Shown: piece after piece, positions 1 to 11,607 of the stretch
Numbering within the stretch: position 1 is the stretch's first letter
Layout: every line of letters starts with the position of its first letter
Source of the DNA: an uncultured Planctomycetaceae bacterium
Lineage (GTDB): Bacteria > Planctomycetota > Planctomycetia > Planctomycetales > Planctomycetaceae
DNA length: 64,000 nt
Direction: 5' to 3'
Assembly: GCA_963813715.1 (NCBI GenBank)
Contig: CAWFAK010000007.1
Coordinates: 608,001 to 672,000, forward strand
The notes under the pieces: generated by a model
The model's database searches: none
Seen by the model: only the letters and a program-made list of their open reading frames with translations
What the model was told of the DNA's origin: nothing
Position numbers and translations under genes: made by a program

Positions 1-159
1 CGAAGCGCCGGCGAGCCCGGTGCCGACCACGATGATCGTGTATTTCCGCTTGTTGGCCGGGTTGACCAGCTTCATCTCGAAGCGGTGCTTGTCCCACTTC
101 TTCTCGACGGGGCCGTCGGGAACTCCGGATTTGAGTCCGTTGCCGCTTGCCTGAATCAT
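1..159 (-). CDS. sdhA: Succinate dehydrogenase/fumarate reductase flavoprotein subunit, N-terminus only (runs off window)
   Basis: Manual translation [56 protein letters not shown]-binding GxGxAG motif; directly downstream of sdhC. Confidence 0.9.
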   Translation of the reverse strand, partial: MIQASGNGLKSGVPDGPVEKKWDKHRFEMKLVNPANKRKYTIIVVGTGLAGAS

Positions 160-246
160 CGCCGTCCGTTTTTCTGTCGAGTGCAGGTCAGTGTATTTGC
201 CGGCCAGTTTGTTCGTCGACCAGTTGTTCGCCGGCCGCGCGCTTGC

Positions 247-942
247 TCAGTGCGCGCCGGCCGTTCCCATCCGCGCGAAAAAGACAAAGCTCGCAAAGCC
301 GACCGCGATCACGCAGGCGAAGACCACGCCGACCCACTTGATCAGTGCCGCGTACTTCGGATGCGTGATCCCCAGCGACTGGAACGCGCTGGCGAAACCG
401 TGCCACAAGTGAATGCCCAGAATGATCACGCCGATGAGATAAACGCCCGACGTGAAATTGTCGTTGAGGATGCGGATGGCCTTGTCGAACGGTTCCTCGC
501 TTGGCGGCGTCGTGAACCAGGGCCATTTCTGCCAGGTGAACTGCAGCAGGTGCACGATCAAGAAGAAGAGCACGATCGCTCCCGAGGTGAACATCCACGC
601 CTCGGGATGAACGGGAGAGCTCGTGGTGTGCGGGGCCGCGTCGAGCTTCGACCGCTTGACCGCGTAGCCGTGGCCGCGGGCCGCACGGTTCTGCTGCGTC
701 ACCGTGAAGGCCAACAGGATGTGTATCACGAACAACGCGAACAGGATGAATTCGGCCACCTTCAATAGGGCCGGCTCGCTGTGCAGTGTGTGCGCGTACT
801 TGTTGTAAGCGTCGGGGCCGAGATAGAGCAGCAGGTTGCCGGCCAGGTGCGCGACGAGAAACCCGCAGAGCAGCAGTCCCGTGAATCCCATCACGAACTT
901 CTTCCCCACGGAAGAGGAAAGGGCTTTCACGAGCGGGCTCAA
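247..942 (-). CDS. sdhC: Succinate dehydrogenase cytochrome b558 subunit
   Basis: SSVGKKFVMGFTG...HLAGNL...HLWHGFASAFQSLG; multiple TM helices with His ligands; TTG start preceded by GGAGG. Confidence 0.9.
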   Translation of the reverse strand: MSPLVKALSSSVGKKFVMGFTGLLLCGFLVAHLAGNLLLYLGPDAYNKYAHTLHSEPALLKVAEFILFALFVIHILLAFTVTQQNRAARGHGYAVKRSKLDAAPHTTSSPVHPEAWMFTSGAIVLFFLIVHLLQFTWQKWPWFTTPPSEEPFDKAIRILNDNFTSGVYLIGVIILGIHLWHGFASAFQSLGITHPKYAALIKWVGVVFACVIAVGFASFVFFARMGTAGAH

Positions 943-1438
943 AACGGCCTCCTTCAGGGAGTTTTCGCCGGACTTTTCGCCACATGAAAAGCAGTTCTGC
1001 GACGAGTTGGCCGGCGGTCTTAAGCACCGGATTATAGGGCAACGAAGGCGAGATTCAATCGACCGACGATCGCCACGGCTGCGCCGCACGCGCGACGGAT
1101 CAGCGGACTCTTGGAAAACGCGGCCCCGACGATCCCGCAACTGTCACAAGCGGCGATTTCCGGTGGATCACGTCGGACCGCCCGGGGAAAGATCCGTTCG
1201 GCCGCCGGAACGTTAATGGGTGCACGCCCTGACTGACTGATTAAAAAAAGCAGAAGAAAAGACAAAAAGACCCGACGACGAAGTCGTCGGCTTGGGAAAT
1301 GGCAGGCCGTGGATGCCAGATGTCGGCGCCCGAGCGCACTCGAGCTCGAGACAATATGAACTCTGGTGCTCGCGACGGAACCGGACGTCTCGCACGCCCA
1401 TTGTCGGCGCGGCACGCATCTGCGAGCATGGAAAATGG

Positions 1439-1733
1439 ATGGAAACGCCGAGTGAAACATCCGACGCGCCGCTGGAAACGCCCGCCCCAGAGCCCGAGGC
1501 GCCGGCCCCATTGCCGATGGAAGAACAGACAGCGACGCGGGCCGAAGAACAGCCCGTACTGCCGCGCTCGTTTTTCAAGCTCGAACGCGGCGACGTGCTG
1601 CCGTTCTGCCTGCTCATCGGTTTCAGCGCGTGGCTCTGGTCGCGTGCCAGCGATTCTCTGGGCAGCAGTGCGGCCTTCATCGGGGCGGCGATTCGGACTG
1701 GTGATCGCTTACGTCGTCCGCACGTTTTGTTAA
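1439..1733 (+). CDS. Small hypothetical membrane protein (Pro/Glu-rich N-terminus; probable frameshift near 1690)
   Basis: METPSETSDAP...GDVLPFCLLIGFSAWLW; hydrophobic tail FGLVIAYVVRTFC* continues in another frame and ends just before the ABC gene. Confidence 0.45.
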
Positions 1734-1766
1734 GTCCGCGGCTGCTCCTCACCTTCGGAATCGCCG

Positions 1767-2576
1767 ATGCCAGAACCGACAATTCGGGTCGAAAACCTGA
1801 CGCAACACTACGGCGTTCGCCCCGTGCTGCGGGACATCAATCTCGACATCTACGCCGGTGAGCTGGTGGCCGTCATCGGCCCCAACGGCATGGGGAAGAC
1901 GACGCTGCTCGCGGCGATCGGCGGCGTCCATTCGCCACAGAAAGGCTCGGTGACCATCGCGGGGCTCAAGCGCCGCTCGTCACCCGCGGCCGAATTGGAG
2001 ATCCGCCGCAAGTCGGTCTACCTGCCCGACGCCGCCTTTCTGCCGCGGACGATGACCGCCCGCGAATTCTGGATCTCCGTCGGCAAGATCTACGAGATCG
2101 ACTACGACCGGTTGTTCGACCACATCGAGCGGCTGGTCGCGCTGTTCGAATTAGAACAGGTCGTCGATTCGCCCATCTCGAGCGGATCGGCCGGGCAGCA
2201 GAAGAAGGTGGCTCTCTCCGCGGCCCTGATCACCGACACGCCCATCCTGCTGTTGGACGAGCCCCTTTCGGGCGGGCTCGACGCGTCGGGAATTCTGGCG
2301 TTGCGGAAAGTGCTGCAGCGATTGGTCGCCGACCGCCACGCGACGATCGTGCTCACGGCGCCGGTGCCCGAACTGGTGGAGCAGCTGGCCTCGCGGGTCG
2401 TCGTGCTGCGGGCCGGGAGCATCGTCGCGGACGGAACGGTCGAACAGCTCATCGCTCAGTCCGGTCGCGGACGCTCGCTTGCGGACGCGCTCGAGCTGCT
2501 CTTTTTCCCAAAGACGGCCGACCACGTCGCCGACTACTTTCAGGACACGCGGCGCTTTCAGGACACTTCACGGTGA
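1767..2576 (+). CDS. ABC transporter ATP-binding protein
   Basis: Walker A GPNGMGKT, signature-like SAGQQKK, Walker B LLLDE. Confidence 0.9.
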   Translation: MPEPTIRVENLTQHYGVRPVLRDINLDIYAGELVAVIGPNGMGKTTLLAAIGGVHSPQKGSVTIAGLKRRSSPAAELEIRRKSVYLPDAAFLPRTMTAREFWISVGKIYEIDYDRLFDHIERLVALFELEQVVDSPISSGSAGQQKKVALSAALITDTPILLLDEPLSGGLDASGILALRKVLQRLVADRHATIVLTAPVPELVEQLASRVVVLRAGSIVADGTVEQLIAQSGRGRSLADALELLFFPKTADHVADYFQDTRRFQDTSR

Positions 2577-3775
2577 AACGCCTCTGGTACAGCGAGCCCG
2601 TTCGCAACTGCCGGCGGGTGTCGCCGCCGCCGTGGCCGGCCGCGGTCTTTCTGTTTTTCTTACTGGCGGCCGAGGCGTTCGCCTGGAGGTTGGGAGTCCC
2701 CGGTCTGGCGGTCCGACCGCCGGAGGTTGGCATCCCGGCAATTCTGGTGCTTGGGCTGGGGACCACCTTCTACGGGATCTATCGAGTGTTCGGGTTTCAT
2801 CCCAATCTGCGGCCCCGGTATCGCGAGTGGCTGCGGATTACCGCCTGGCACAGCCCGCAGCGGCTCCCCCTCGGCCCGGTGACGCTCACGTTGATGGACG
2901 GGATACTCTTACTCGTGGCGACGGCCCTGCTCTGGGCCCGCCATCCGACGATCCCGCCGTTGCGAGCCGCGCTGATTTTCTCGGTCAGTTATCTGTTGAG
3001 CATGGCGTTCGCCCTGCTGACGAGCGGGCCGCGGGGCTTCGGCTACGCGGTGCTCTTCGGCATCGGCGGAATTCTCATGGCCGCGTCTGATCTGGTGTTG
3101 GGCATCGGCATCGCCCTGACGACCTATTTTGTCGCGTGGGGCGGCCTACGGCTGGCGCTGATCAACCTGCGGGAAGTCGACACCAAGTCGATCGAACGCT
3201 ACTTCCTGCGAGTCGCGCCCCGCGGCATTCGAGCCGCAGAAATCTCCACGGTCTTCGTAGGCTGGCCGTTCGGCTATCTCGGTCCGAATCGGACGTTGCC
3301 CCACGCCTCGGCGTTCGACGTGGTCTGCCTCGCGGGATTGGCGGGGTGGCTGCTTGCCAGCTTCCGGGTGTTCTTCTGCTACGTAGTCGGCCCCGGAGTA
3401 ACAGACGAAGACTTGCGCTTGCTGGGCTGCCTGGCTTACGTCGGTGCGACGATGGCGTGTGGCCTCAGGATGCTCGTTTTTTGGATCAACCATCGGCCGC
3501 CGATCAGCGTTCTGGGACGGCTGGCGACATTCCGCTGGGTCATCCCGAGCTACGATCGGGCGTTCGCCGCGCCGCTCGCGGGAATGCTCGTCCTGTGGGG
3601 TTTTGCCGACTTAGTGCTGCTGCGCCGCGGCCCGCCTTCGCTCGCGGGCGTCTCCCTCCTGCTCACCGTCGCGTTGCTCGTGGCGTTTTTGCCGGGACCC
3701 TCTCTGAGAGCGTGGGCGCTGACCTCAGAGTGCCGCATCGTCGCGCAGAAGCCGCCCGCGCAGCTGGAGCGCTAA
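2573..3775 (+). CDS. Multi-pass membrane protein, likely permease partner of the ABC ATPase
   Basis: About 10 hydrophobic segments; GTGA overlap with ABC gene stop. Confidence 0.7.
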   Translation: MKRLWYSEPVRNCRRVSPPPWPAAVFLFFLLAAEAFAWRLGVPGLAVRPPEVGIPAILVLGLGTTFYGIYRVFGFHPNLRPRYREWLRITAWHSPQRLPLGPVTLTLMDGILLLVATALLWARHPTIPPLRAALIFSVSYLLSMAFALLTSGPRGFGYAVLFGIGGILMAASDLVLGIGIALTTYFVAWGGLRLALINLREVDTKSIERYFLRVAPRGIRAAEISTVFVGWPFGYLGPNRTLPHASAFDVVCLAGLAGWLLASFRVFFCYVVGPGVTDEDLRLLGCLAYVGATMACGLRMLVFWINHRPPISVLGRLATFRWVIPSYDRAFAAPLAGMLVLWGFADLVLLRRGPPSLAGVSLLLTVALLVAFLPGPSLRAWALTSECRIVAQKPPAQLER

Positions 3776-4055
3776 CCGGTCGGAACACGCCGAGGCACAA
3801 AGCAGAGAGCGGGCGGCCCCCAGTGGCGGGTCACGAGACGGGGGCGGGCCACAAAGACGAAAGCGGCAAAAAGCAACGACGGCACGCCGCGGGAATTCGG
3901 GAGCCTGTCCCCCACCTTGAAGGATTTCACGACGACTCGGAATCAGCACGAGTCGGGCACGGTCGGATCAACGGACTTGGCGGATCGCAGACGTGAAAAT
4001 GCGGCTCGGACTCCGTCCGGCCGGCGCGGCAGCGCGGCCGCGCAGCAAACTCCAT

Positions 4056-4444
4056 TTACTTTTCGTCTCGGCGGGCCTCTGCCACCATCTGCGAAATCCG
4101 ATCGAGCCCGTCGGTCTTGACGTCGACGCCGGAGATATCCAGGAGAGCGGCCACGGCGTGCTCCATCGAGCCGTCAAAGAACGTTTTGACGATGTGCTCG
4201 AGGGCCGTCTTCGCGCCTTGTCCCGGGACTGTGCCGGCAGGTAGACGTACCGCGCCCCTTGCTTCTTGTGCTTTACGTGCCCCTTGCGTTCCAGGATCCG
4301 CAACAGGCTTCGCACGCACGAATAGCTCGGAGGATCGGGCATATTCTCGAGCACGCCCGTCACGTCGGCCTCGCCGACGCGATACAGCGTGTCGAGAATC
4401 TGGCGCTCGCGGCGAGCCAGATACAACTGCGACTTTCGCATCAT
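4056..4444 (-). CDS. BlaI/MecI/CopY family transcriptional repressor (frameshift near 4215)
   Basis: LARRERQILDTLY...SYSCVRSLLRILERKGHV then, in a second frame, ALEHIVKTFFDGSMEHAVAALL. Confidence 0.85.
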
Positions 4445-4983
4445 TCAACCCACTTTCCGTTTTGACCCCGGCCCGCTGTTCGAAGCCTGAGAACTCCTGT
4501 TGAATCCTCAGGTTCGTGGAGGGGTCACCCGCTGTAAGGAAATTAGCACGCTGCACAGTAGCACGGGACGTAGGGCACGGTCAAATACTGTGGGCCAACT
4601 CGCGAACAGGTCGTTTGGGCAAATCTTGTGGGTGAATCTTTGTGGGCGACCTGTCCGACCGGACGTCCCCAACTCTGTGCGATTCTACGAACGGCCCGTT
4701 CGAAGAAGCGCACCGCAAAAAATCTTTCCCAGAGTAGCGAGCCGTTAAACCGACAGCAAATCTTAAATGGAATTTTTTTGCTCTTCGAGAGGAGTTTCCG
4801 CTTGGCACGGACTGACCCATCCCCGGTCCCTTCATCGACAACGGACGACCGAATCGGCTTGCCAGACCGGTCCGAAAGTTCGATAATGGAGATATGCACA
4901 AACTTGGATGTGTGCCGGGGGGATGGGGTGCGTACGGTCGCACGTTTTGGGGCAGTTTTGCAGCATTTCGGCTCCGGCGGCAG

Positions 4984-7646
4984 ATGCTACGAGTCGTCTT
5001 CGCGATCCTCTCTGGGGCGGTGGCCGCGCGGGCTGGCGAACAAAAGTCACCCGCGCCCCCCGTCTTCGAGCGGGACGTCCGCCCGATCCTTCGTGCTCAT
5101 TGTTTCGACTGTCACGGCAGCCAGAACGTCCGCAAGGGGGGCCTCGATCTGCGGCTCCGTCGGCTGATGGCCAAAGGGGGCGAATCGGGACCCGCCATCG
5201 CGCCCGGCCACCCGGAAGAGAGTTACCTGCTCGACCGGGTCAAAACGGGCGAAATGCCCCCCGGCGATCAAAAGTTGACCCCCGCGGAGGTCGCCGTCAT
5301 CGACGGGTGGATCCGAGCCGGTGCGCTGACGGCGCAAAAGGAACCGACCGAACTGAGCGCGGCCGCACAGATCACCGCTGACGATCGGGCTTTCTGGTGC
5401 TTCCGACCCATCCATCGGCCGCCGGTGCCCCAGTTCACGCCGGCCGATCGCATCCGCACGCCGATCGACGCACTGCTCTCTGCCGCGCTCAAACCAAAGC
5501 AGCTCTCGTTCTCTCCTGACGCGGACAAGCGAACGTTGATCCGCCGCCTGTCGCTCGATTTGCTCGGGCTGCCTCCCGAACCGGCCGCCGTCGACGCCTT
5601 TCTGGCCGACCAGTCCCCCAATGCCTACGAGCGGCTCGTCGATCGCCTGTTGGCCTCGCCTCACTACGGCGAACGTTGGGGACGCCACTGGCTCGACACG
5701 GCGGGCTACGCAGACTCGGAAGGCTTTGACGAGCAGGACGTCCCGCGGCCCGAGGCCTTTCACTATCGCGATTACGTGATTCGCGCCCTCAACGCCGACA
5801 AGCCCTTCGACCAGTTTATCGCCGAGCAGTTGGCCGGCGACGAGCTGGTGCCGCCTCATTCGGGGGATTTACCTGCCGACGCCATCGAGAAGCTGAGTGC
5901 GACAGGATTTCTGAGAATGGCCGTCGACGGCACGGCCAGCTCGAACAGTCCGGCCACAGCGAACCAGAACGTCGCCGACACGATCAAGATCGTCTCGACC
6001 TCGCTGCTGGGGCTGTCCGTTGGCTGCGCCCAGTGCCACGACCATCGTTACGATCCGATCCTGCAGGACGATTATTACCGCCTGCGAGCCGTCTTCGAGC
6101 CGGCACTCAACTGGAAGAACTGGCGCGTCCCGTCGCAGCGACGAGTTTCGCTCTACACGCGAGCCGACCGCGCCGCGTGGCCGCCGTCGCCAAGGAAGCC
6201 AATGAGGCAGCGACCAAAGTCGCCGAGAAGGAGCGGCGGTACCTCGCCGAAGCGCTCGACAAGGAACTGACGAAGTTCGAGCTGCCCGTGGCCAAGGCCC
6301 TCAGGGCGGCCCTCGATACGCCGGCGGCAAAGCGCACGGCGGCTCAGAACCAGCTCTTGAGCCAGCATCCGAGCGTGCCGATCTCGCCGGGCCTGTTGTC
6401 GCAATACAACCCAGCCGCCGATGCTGATCTGCAGAAAGAACGAGCCAAGGTCGCCGCAATTCAGACCCGCGCCCCGGTCGAGCATTTTGTGCGAGTCCTG
6501 AATGAAAACCCGGGCGAGGTTCCGGCGACATTCCTCTTCTATCGGGGCGAGTTCTCGCAGCCGCGGCAGGAAGAGCAGCCCGGCGATCTGACCGTCTGCG
6601 TGGCCGAGGGACAAACGGGCAACCTGCCGCGTCACGACGCCGCTCGACCAACCTCGGGCCGGCGTCTGGCCTACGCCAAACGGCTGATGTCGGGCAAGCA
6701 TCCGCTCGTCGGCCGCGTGCTGGTGAACCGCATCTGGCTGCACCATTTCGGCCGGGGACTGGTCGCCACGCCGGCCGACTTCGGCCGCATGGGTGAGCGT
6801 CCGAGCAATCCCGAACTACTCGATTGGCTGGCCGACGAGTTCGCCAAGAGCGGCTGGGACCTCAAGCGGCTGCAGCGACTGATCGTGATGTCGACCGCCT
6901 ATCGGCAGAGCTCGACCCACACGCCAGATCGAGACGCGGCCGACCCCGACAACCTGCTCCTGTCGCGGATGAACTTGCGCCGGCTCGACGCCGAGGCAGT
7001 GCGCGACTGCGTGCTGTCGGCCAGTAACTCGCTGTATGACCGCATGTGCGGTCAGCCGGTCCCGATCCGCGAAGACGGCGTCGGCCAGATCGTAGTGGGC
7101 GTCGAAAACAAAGTCGGGGCCAACGACCAGGGACCCGAGATTCCGATCGGCGGCGAAGAGTACCGACGCAGCGTGTACATCGAGGTCCGCCGCAGCAAGC
7201 CACTGGCGCTGTTGCGGACGTTCGACCTGCCCGTCATGGAAACCAACTGCGACCGCCGCACGGCGTCGACGTCGGCTCCGCAGGCCCTGATGCTCATGAA
7301 CAGCGAGTTTGCCCTTCGCCAGGCGAACCGGTTTGCTCACCGCCTGGTAAGCGACGCCGGTTCCGATCCGCGACAGCAGGTCGCGCGAGCGTTCGAGATT
7401 GCCTTCGCCCGACCCGCCACCGACGCGGAGATCGTGGAGTCGCTGGCATTCCTCGAGCATCAGTCCGAAGAAGTCAAAACACACCCCGCCACCACCGCCC
7501 CACCGAAGAGCACGTCGGCCGGCCCGAAAAAGCGGCGACACAATCGCGCGAGAAGCCGCCCCCCAGTGGCCGATCCCGCGTTGCAGCCGCTCACCGACTT
7601 TTGCCAGGCCCTGATCAGCTCCAACGAGTTTTTGTACAGCGATTGA
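4984..7646 (+). CDS. Planctomycete cytochrome c / DUF1549 / DUF1553 (PSD1-type) protein (frameshift near 6178; start uncertain)
   Basis: CFDCH heme motif, YGERWGRHWLD, CAQCHDH, VNRIWLHHFGRGLV, PQALMLMN, SNEFLY. Confidence 0.9.
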
Positions 7647-7667
7647 GAGAATCGATCGAAGAAGAAC

Positions 7668-7693
7668 CGGCGGGCTGACACCCGCCGCTCGCC
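7668..7693. repeat. REP-like hairpin with CGCTCG tail
   Basis: CGGCGGG-CTGACA-CCCGCCG followed by CTCGCC; same architecture at 9238 and 46793. Confidence 0.55.
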
Positions 7694-7735
7694 AGAATCT
7701 CCCCCGCCCCACTTGCCCGCCTGGAACCTGACACG

Positions 7736-9190
7736 ATGTTCGACACGTTTGCTCCCGCCTCGCGGCGCCAGTTTTTGGCACGGAACGCCATGGGAATCGG
7801 CAGCGTCGCGCTCGCCTGGCTACTCAAGCAGGAACGCCTGCTCGCCATGCCGGCCAACGTGCGCAAGGCACCGCCGACATTCGACCTGAAGCCCAAGACG
7901 CCGCATCATCCGCCGCAAGCCCAGGCGATGATTTCGCTCTTCATGCATGGCGGGCCGAGCCACATGGATCTCACCGATCCCAAGCCGCAGCTCACCAGGT
8001 ACAGCGGCACCGATTACTCGGGCGACGTTGCGTACAGTTTCGTCAGCTCCGCGAGCAAGAAGTTGATGGGCACGCCCTTCCGCTTCCGCAAGCACGGCGA
8101 GTGCGGCACCGAGTTGTCCGAGTTGTTGCCGCACACCGCCAAAATCGTCGACGACATTTGCCTGGTCCGCTCGATGCACACCGACATCAACGGGCACGAA
8201 GCGTCGATCTGGTATCTCAACACCGGGCGGGCCCAGCCGGGACGGCCGGCGTTCGGCTCGTGGCTCACCTACGGGCTCGGCTCGGAGAGCCAGAACCTGC
8301 CTGCCTACATCGCGATGCCCGATCCGGGCGGCATGCCGGTCGACGGCGTTCGCAACTGGTCCAATGGCTGGATGACGCCCTTGTTCCAGGCGACCGTGGT
8401 CCGCTCGCAGGAGCCACGGATTTTGAACCTCGAGCCGCCGCCGCACCTGGCCGGCGACTTGCAGCGGGAGAATCTCGACTTTCTCGCCCGGCTCAACCGC
8501 CGGCACTTGCAGAGGCATCCCGGCGAGGCCGACTTGGAAGCCCGCATCGCCAGCTACGAGCTGGCCGCCCGCATGCAGTCGGCCGCGACCGAGGCCCTCG
8601 ACATCTCCAAGGAAACGAAGGCCACGCACGAACTCTACGGGCTCGACCAGCCCGAGACGCGCGAATACGGCACACGGCTGTTGGTCGCCCGCCGTCTCGT
8701 CGAGCGGGGCGTGCGGTTCGTGCAGATTTTCATCGCCGGCCAGATTTGGGACCTGCACAACGATATTCGCGGTGGTCTACCCGCCTGCTGCAAGAAGACC
8801 GACAAGCCGGCCGCCGGGCTGGTGCTCGATCTCAAGCAGCGCGGCCTGTTGGACACGACGGTCGTGCACTGGGGCGGCGAGATCGGCCGCCTGCCCGTCA
8901 TCCAAAGTGCGGGCGACCCGCTGCACGCCGGCCGCGACCACAACGGTCAGGGCTTTAGTGCCTGGTTCGCCGGCGGCGGATTCAAAGCGGGCCTGGCCTA
9001 CGGCGAGACCGATGAATTCGGTCATCGGGCCGTGGTCAATCCGGTCGGGCCCAACGACTACCAGGCGACGCTCTTGCATCTCTTTGGCATCGACCACGAC
9101 CGGCTGACTTATTTCTCGAACGGCCAGCCGCACACGATCACGGATGGGGCCAAGTGCCGAGTCGTGAAGGAGATTTTGAAGCGCGCGTGA
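7736..9190 (+). CDS. DUF1501 family protein with Tat-like signal
   Basis: SRRQFL N-terminus, FMHGGPSHMD, ARRLVERGVRFVQ, GEIGRLP, GRDHN; usual partner of DUF1553 genes. Confidence 0.9.
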   Translation: MFDTFAPASRRQFLARNAMGIGSVALAWLLKQERLLAMPANVRKAPPTFDLKPKTPHHPPQAQAMISLFMHGGPSHMDLTDPKPQLTRYSGTDYSGDVAYSFVSSASKKLMGTPFRFRKHGECGTELSELLPHTAKIVDDICLVRSMHTDINGHEASIWYLNTGRAQPGRPAFGSWLTYGLGSESQNLPAYIAMPDPGGMPVDGVRNWSNGWMTPLFQATVVRSQEPRILNLEPPPHLAGDLQRENLDFLARLNRRHLQRHPGEADLEARIASYELAARMQSAATEALDISKETKATHELYGLDQPETREYGTRLLVARRLVERGVRFVQIFIAGQIWDLHNDIRGGLPACCKKTDKPAAGLVLDLKQRGLLDTTVVHWGGEIGRLPVIQSAGDPLHAGRDHNGQGFSAWFAGGGFKAGLAYGETDEFGHRAVVNPVGPNDYQATLLHLFGIDHDRLTYFSNGQPHTITDGAKCRVVKEILKRA

Positions 9191-9237
9191 AACGGCTGGC
9201 GTGCTCCGGCGGGAAAAAAGAAAGAAGAAAAAATTCT

Positions 9238-9261
9238 CGGGGGACTTATGTCCCCCGCTCG
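9238..9261. repeat. REP-like hairpin overlapping the cca stop codon
   Basis: CGGGGGAC-TTAT-GTCCCCCG then CTCG. Confidence 0.5.
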
Positions 9262-10571
9262 GGGGGGTTGTTGAGCAGCTGGTCGAGGAGGCGAAACGCG
9301 TCTTCCTTTGTGGTTACCTCTTCGTTCAGTTGCGCTTCGCGGATCGTGTCGAGGATTTCGCGGATACGTTTGCCGGGCGGCAGGCCTCGCGCGATCAAGT
9401 CGTCGCCCGTGACAAATGGGGGCGGATCGAGCTTTTCAGGGGGCGTGCGCTGCAAGAGTTCTTCGCAGTGCATCACGCCTGATAAATCGCTCTCGGCTGC
9501 CAGCCGGTCGGCGCGAGCCAGCGCGAGCAGGTCGCGGGCGTCGGGATGTGACAGCATTCGTTTCAATTGCGCGAGCGACTTCGTGGCCGATGCGAAGACG
9601 TCGCTCAAGTGGGTCAGCAGCCACTCGATCGAATCGGTCTCCTGATTCGACAGCCGTAGCCGTTTGCACACGCCGCGGGCCACGCGCGATTCTTGCCGCC
9701 CGGCAGACAGGGATCCGCCAATCTCGGGAACGCTCGCCAACAGCGCGGCCGCCGCCAGCTCGAAACGCTGCTCCTCGAGCAAGCGCAACCGACGCAGCGA
9801 GATCTCCCACGGCGATGTCGCCCCCCCTTCGCCGGAGAGATGCGACGTGTCGTCGAGAATTGGCCGCAGCTCCGGCAGGATCTCGAGCAAGAGCTGCGTG
9901 TCGCGAGCCAGCTCCATTGCGCGGCGGCGATGCGGATCGACGAGCATGCGTTTCAGCTCTTGAGCGATGCGCTCGGCGCTCACTACGTGGATTTCGGGAG
10001 CCATCGCCCGCACCGCGTCGGCGGTCGGCCCGTCCAGCTGAAACTCGAGCGTGGCAGCAAAGCGGACGGCCCGCAGCATCCGCAGCTTGTCCTCGGCCAT
10101 GCGATCGCTGGGACGTCCGATGGCCCGCACCACGCCGGCGGCCAGGTCCTTCTCGCCGCCTACGTAATCGTGCACCTGCTCGCTGAGCGGGTCGTAGAAC
10201 ATGCCGTTGATGGTGAAGTCGCGGCGGCGAGCGTCGTCCTCGGGACCGGCGAAGTCGACGTGCTCGGGCCGGCGGCCGTCGAGATACGGGCCCTCGGTGC
10301 GAAAGGTCGCCACCTCGATGTTGCCGGCCTCCTTCGAGCCCAGCACGATGATCACGCCGAAACTCGCCCCGACGGCCAATGTCCGACGCTGACCGAACAG
10401 GTTGCGAACGGCCTCGGGCCGGGCGTCGGTGGCGACGTCGTAATCCTTCGGCACTCGGCCCATCAAGAAGTCGCGGACGCAGCCGCCGTTCCACAGCGCG
10501 CGAAAGCCCGCGCCCTGCAACCGCCGCACGACGTCGACGGCAAATTCGCGTTGGCGATCGGCACGCAGCAT
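9246..10571 (-). CDS. cca: CCA tRNA nucleotidyltransferase / poly(A) polymerase family
   Basis: GGCVRD, DYDVAT, EVATFR, RRDFTING, EDKLRMLRAVRF, VSAERI; CCA-adding versus poly(A) activity not resolvable by eye. Confidence 0.85.
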   Translation of the reverse strand: MLRADRQREFAVDVVRRLQGAGFRALWNGGCVRDFLMGRVPKDYDVATDARPEAVRNLFGQRRTLAVGASFGVIIVLGSKEAGNIEVATFRTEGPYLDGRRPEHVDFAGPEDDARRRDFTINGMFYDPLSEQVHDYVGGEKDLAAGVVRAIGRPSDRMAEDKLRMLRAVRFAATLEFQLDGPTADAVRAMAPEIHVVSAERIAQELKRMLVDPHRRRAMELARDTQLLLEILPELRPILDDTSHLSGEGGATSPWEISLRRLRLLEEQRFELAAAALLASVPEIGGSLSAGRQESRVARGVCKRLRLSNQETDSIEWLLTHLSDVFASATKSLAQLKRMLSHPDARDLLALARADRLAAESDLSGVMHCEELLQRTPPEKLDPPPFVTGDDLIARGLPPGKRIREILDTIREAQLNEEVTTKEDAFRLLDQLLNNPPERGT

Positions 10572-10707
10572 GTGGTGAACCCGCCTCGCGGCGCCAAAAT
10601 GTTGCAATTGTCAGGGGAAACAGTCGACATTAGCATACGAGACGCGGCAGTCGTCCGCAGCCGCAAGGCATTTCCGCAAGTCCGCCGGCGAATTCGAGAT
10701 TGCGACG

Positions 10708-11607
10708 ATGATTGACTCGGCCGAAAAACTCCCCAACCCCGACAACACCCCGCTCGCCAGCCTGGACGAATGGGAAGACGACCTCTTGCGGCGTTACCCC
10801 AAGCCGGGTTCGGCCCAGCCGACGACTGCCGAGAAGAAGCCAGCCGAATTTCGCGATCACGAAGGGTCGGTGCGGCCCAGCGTCCGCGAGTTTTATCGGC
10901 TCAATCACATGCATCAATCGGTCGACTTTGTCCGCCAGAAGCGGGCCGAGTATCTGCCGCGGGAAAAACGGCAGATGAGCGTGTGGGAGGCGATGGAATT
11001 TCTCAACCGCCTCACCGACGACAGCGACCCAGACACCGATCTGCCGCAGATCGAGCACTCGCTACAGACGCTGTTGGCCATCCGCGAGGCCGGTCACCCG
11101 CGGTGGTTCCAGCTGGTCGGCCTGATTCACGATCTGGGAAAGGTGCTGTGCCTGTTCGACGAGCCGCAGTGGGCGGTCGTCGGCGACACGTTCCCGGTCG
11201 GTTGCCGCTACTCGCCGAAGATCGTCTTTCCCGAGTTCTTCGCGGACAATCCGGATAGCCAGATCCCCGAATACCAAACCGAAGTAGGCATTTACGAAAA
11301 AGGCTGCGGGCTCGACAACGTGATGATGTCGTGGGGTCACGACGAATATCTTTATCACGTCGTCAAGGACCACATCCCCGAAGAGGGGCTGTACATGATC
11401 CGCTACCACTCCTTCTACCCGGCCCACCGCGAGGGTGCCTACAGCTACTTGATGAACGATCACGATCGTGAGATGTTCCGCTGGGTGAAGAAGTTCAGCC
11501 CGTTCGATCTTTATTCGAAGAGCACCGAGCGGCCCGACGTCACCACACTCAAGCCGTACTGCGAAGAGCTGATCGACGAGTTTTTGCCCCCCGTGCTGAA
11601 CTGGTGA
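10708..11607 (+). CDS. myo-Inositol oxygenase (MIOX) family, HD-fold di-iron enzyme
   Basis: [51 protein letters not shown] motifs. Confidence 0.9.
   Translation: MIDSAEKLPNPDNTPLASLDEWEDDLLRRYPKPGSAQPTTAEKKPAEFRDHEGSVRPSVREFYRLNHMHQSVDFVRQKRAEYLPREKRQMSVWEAMEFLNRLTDDSDPDTDLPQIEHSLQTLLAIREAGHPRWFQLVGLIHDLGKVLCLFDEPQWAVVGDTFPVGCRYSPKIVFPEFFADNPDSQIPEYQTEVGIYEKGCGLDNVMMSWGHDEYLYHVVKDHIPEEGLYMIRYHSFYPAHREGAYSYLMNDHDREMFRWVKKFSPFDLYSKSTERPDVTTLKPYCEELIDEFLPPVLNW

Noticed and set aside
2538..2566. TTTCAGGACAC duplicated at the ABC gene end; similar short repeats in the AAA ATPase N-terminus
   Set aside because: Local slippage in disordered termini, with no sign of a wider system
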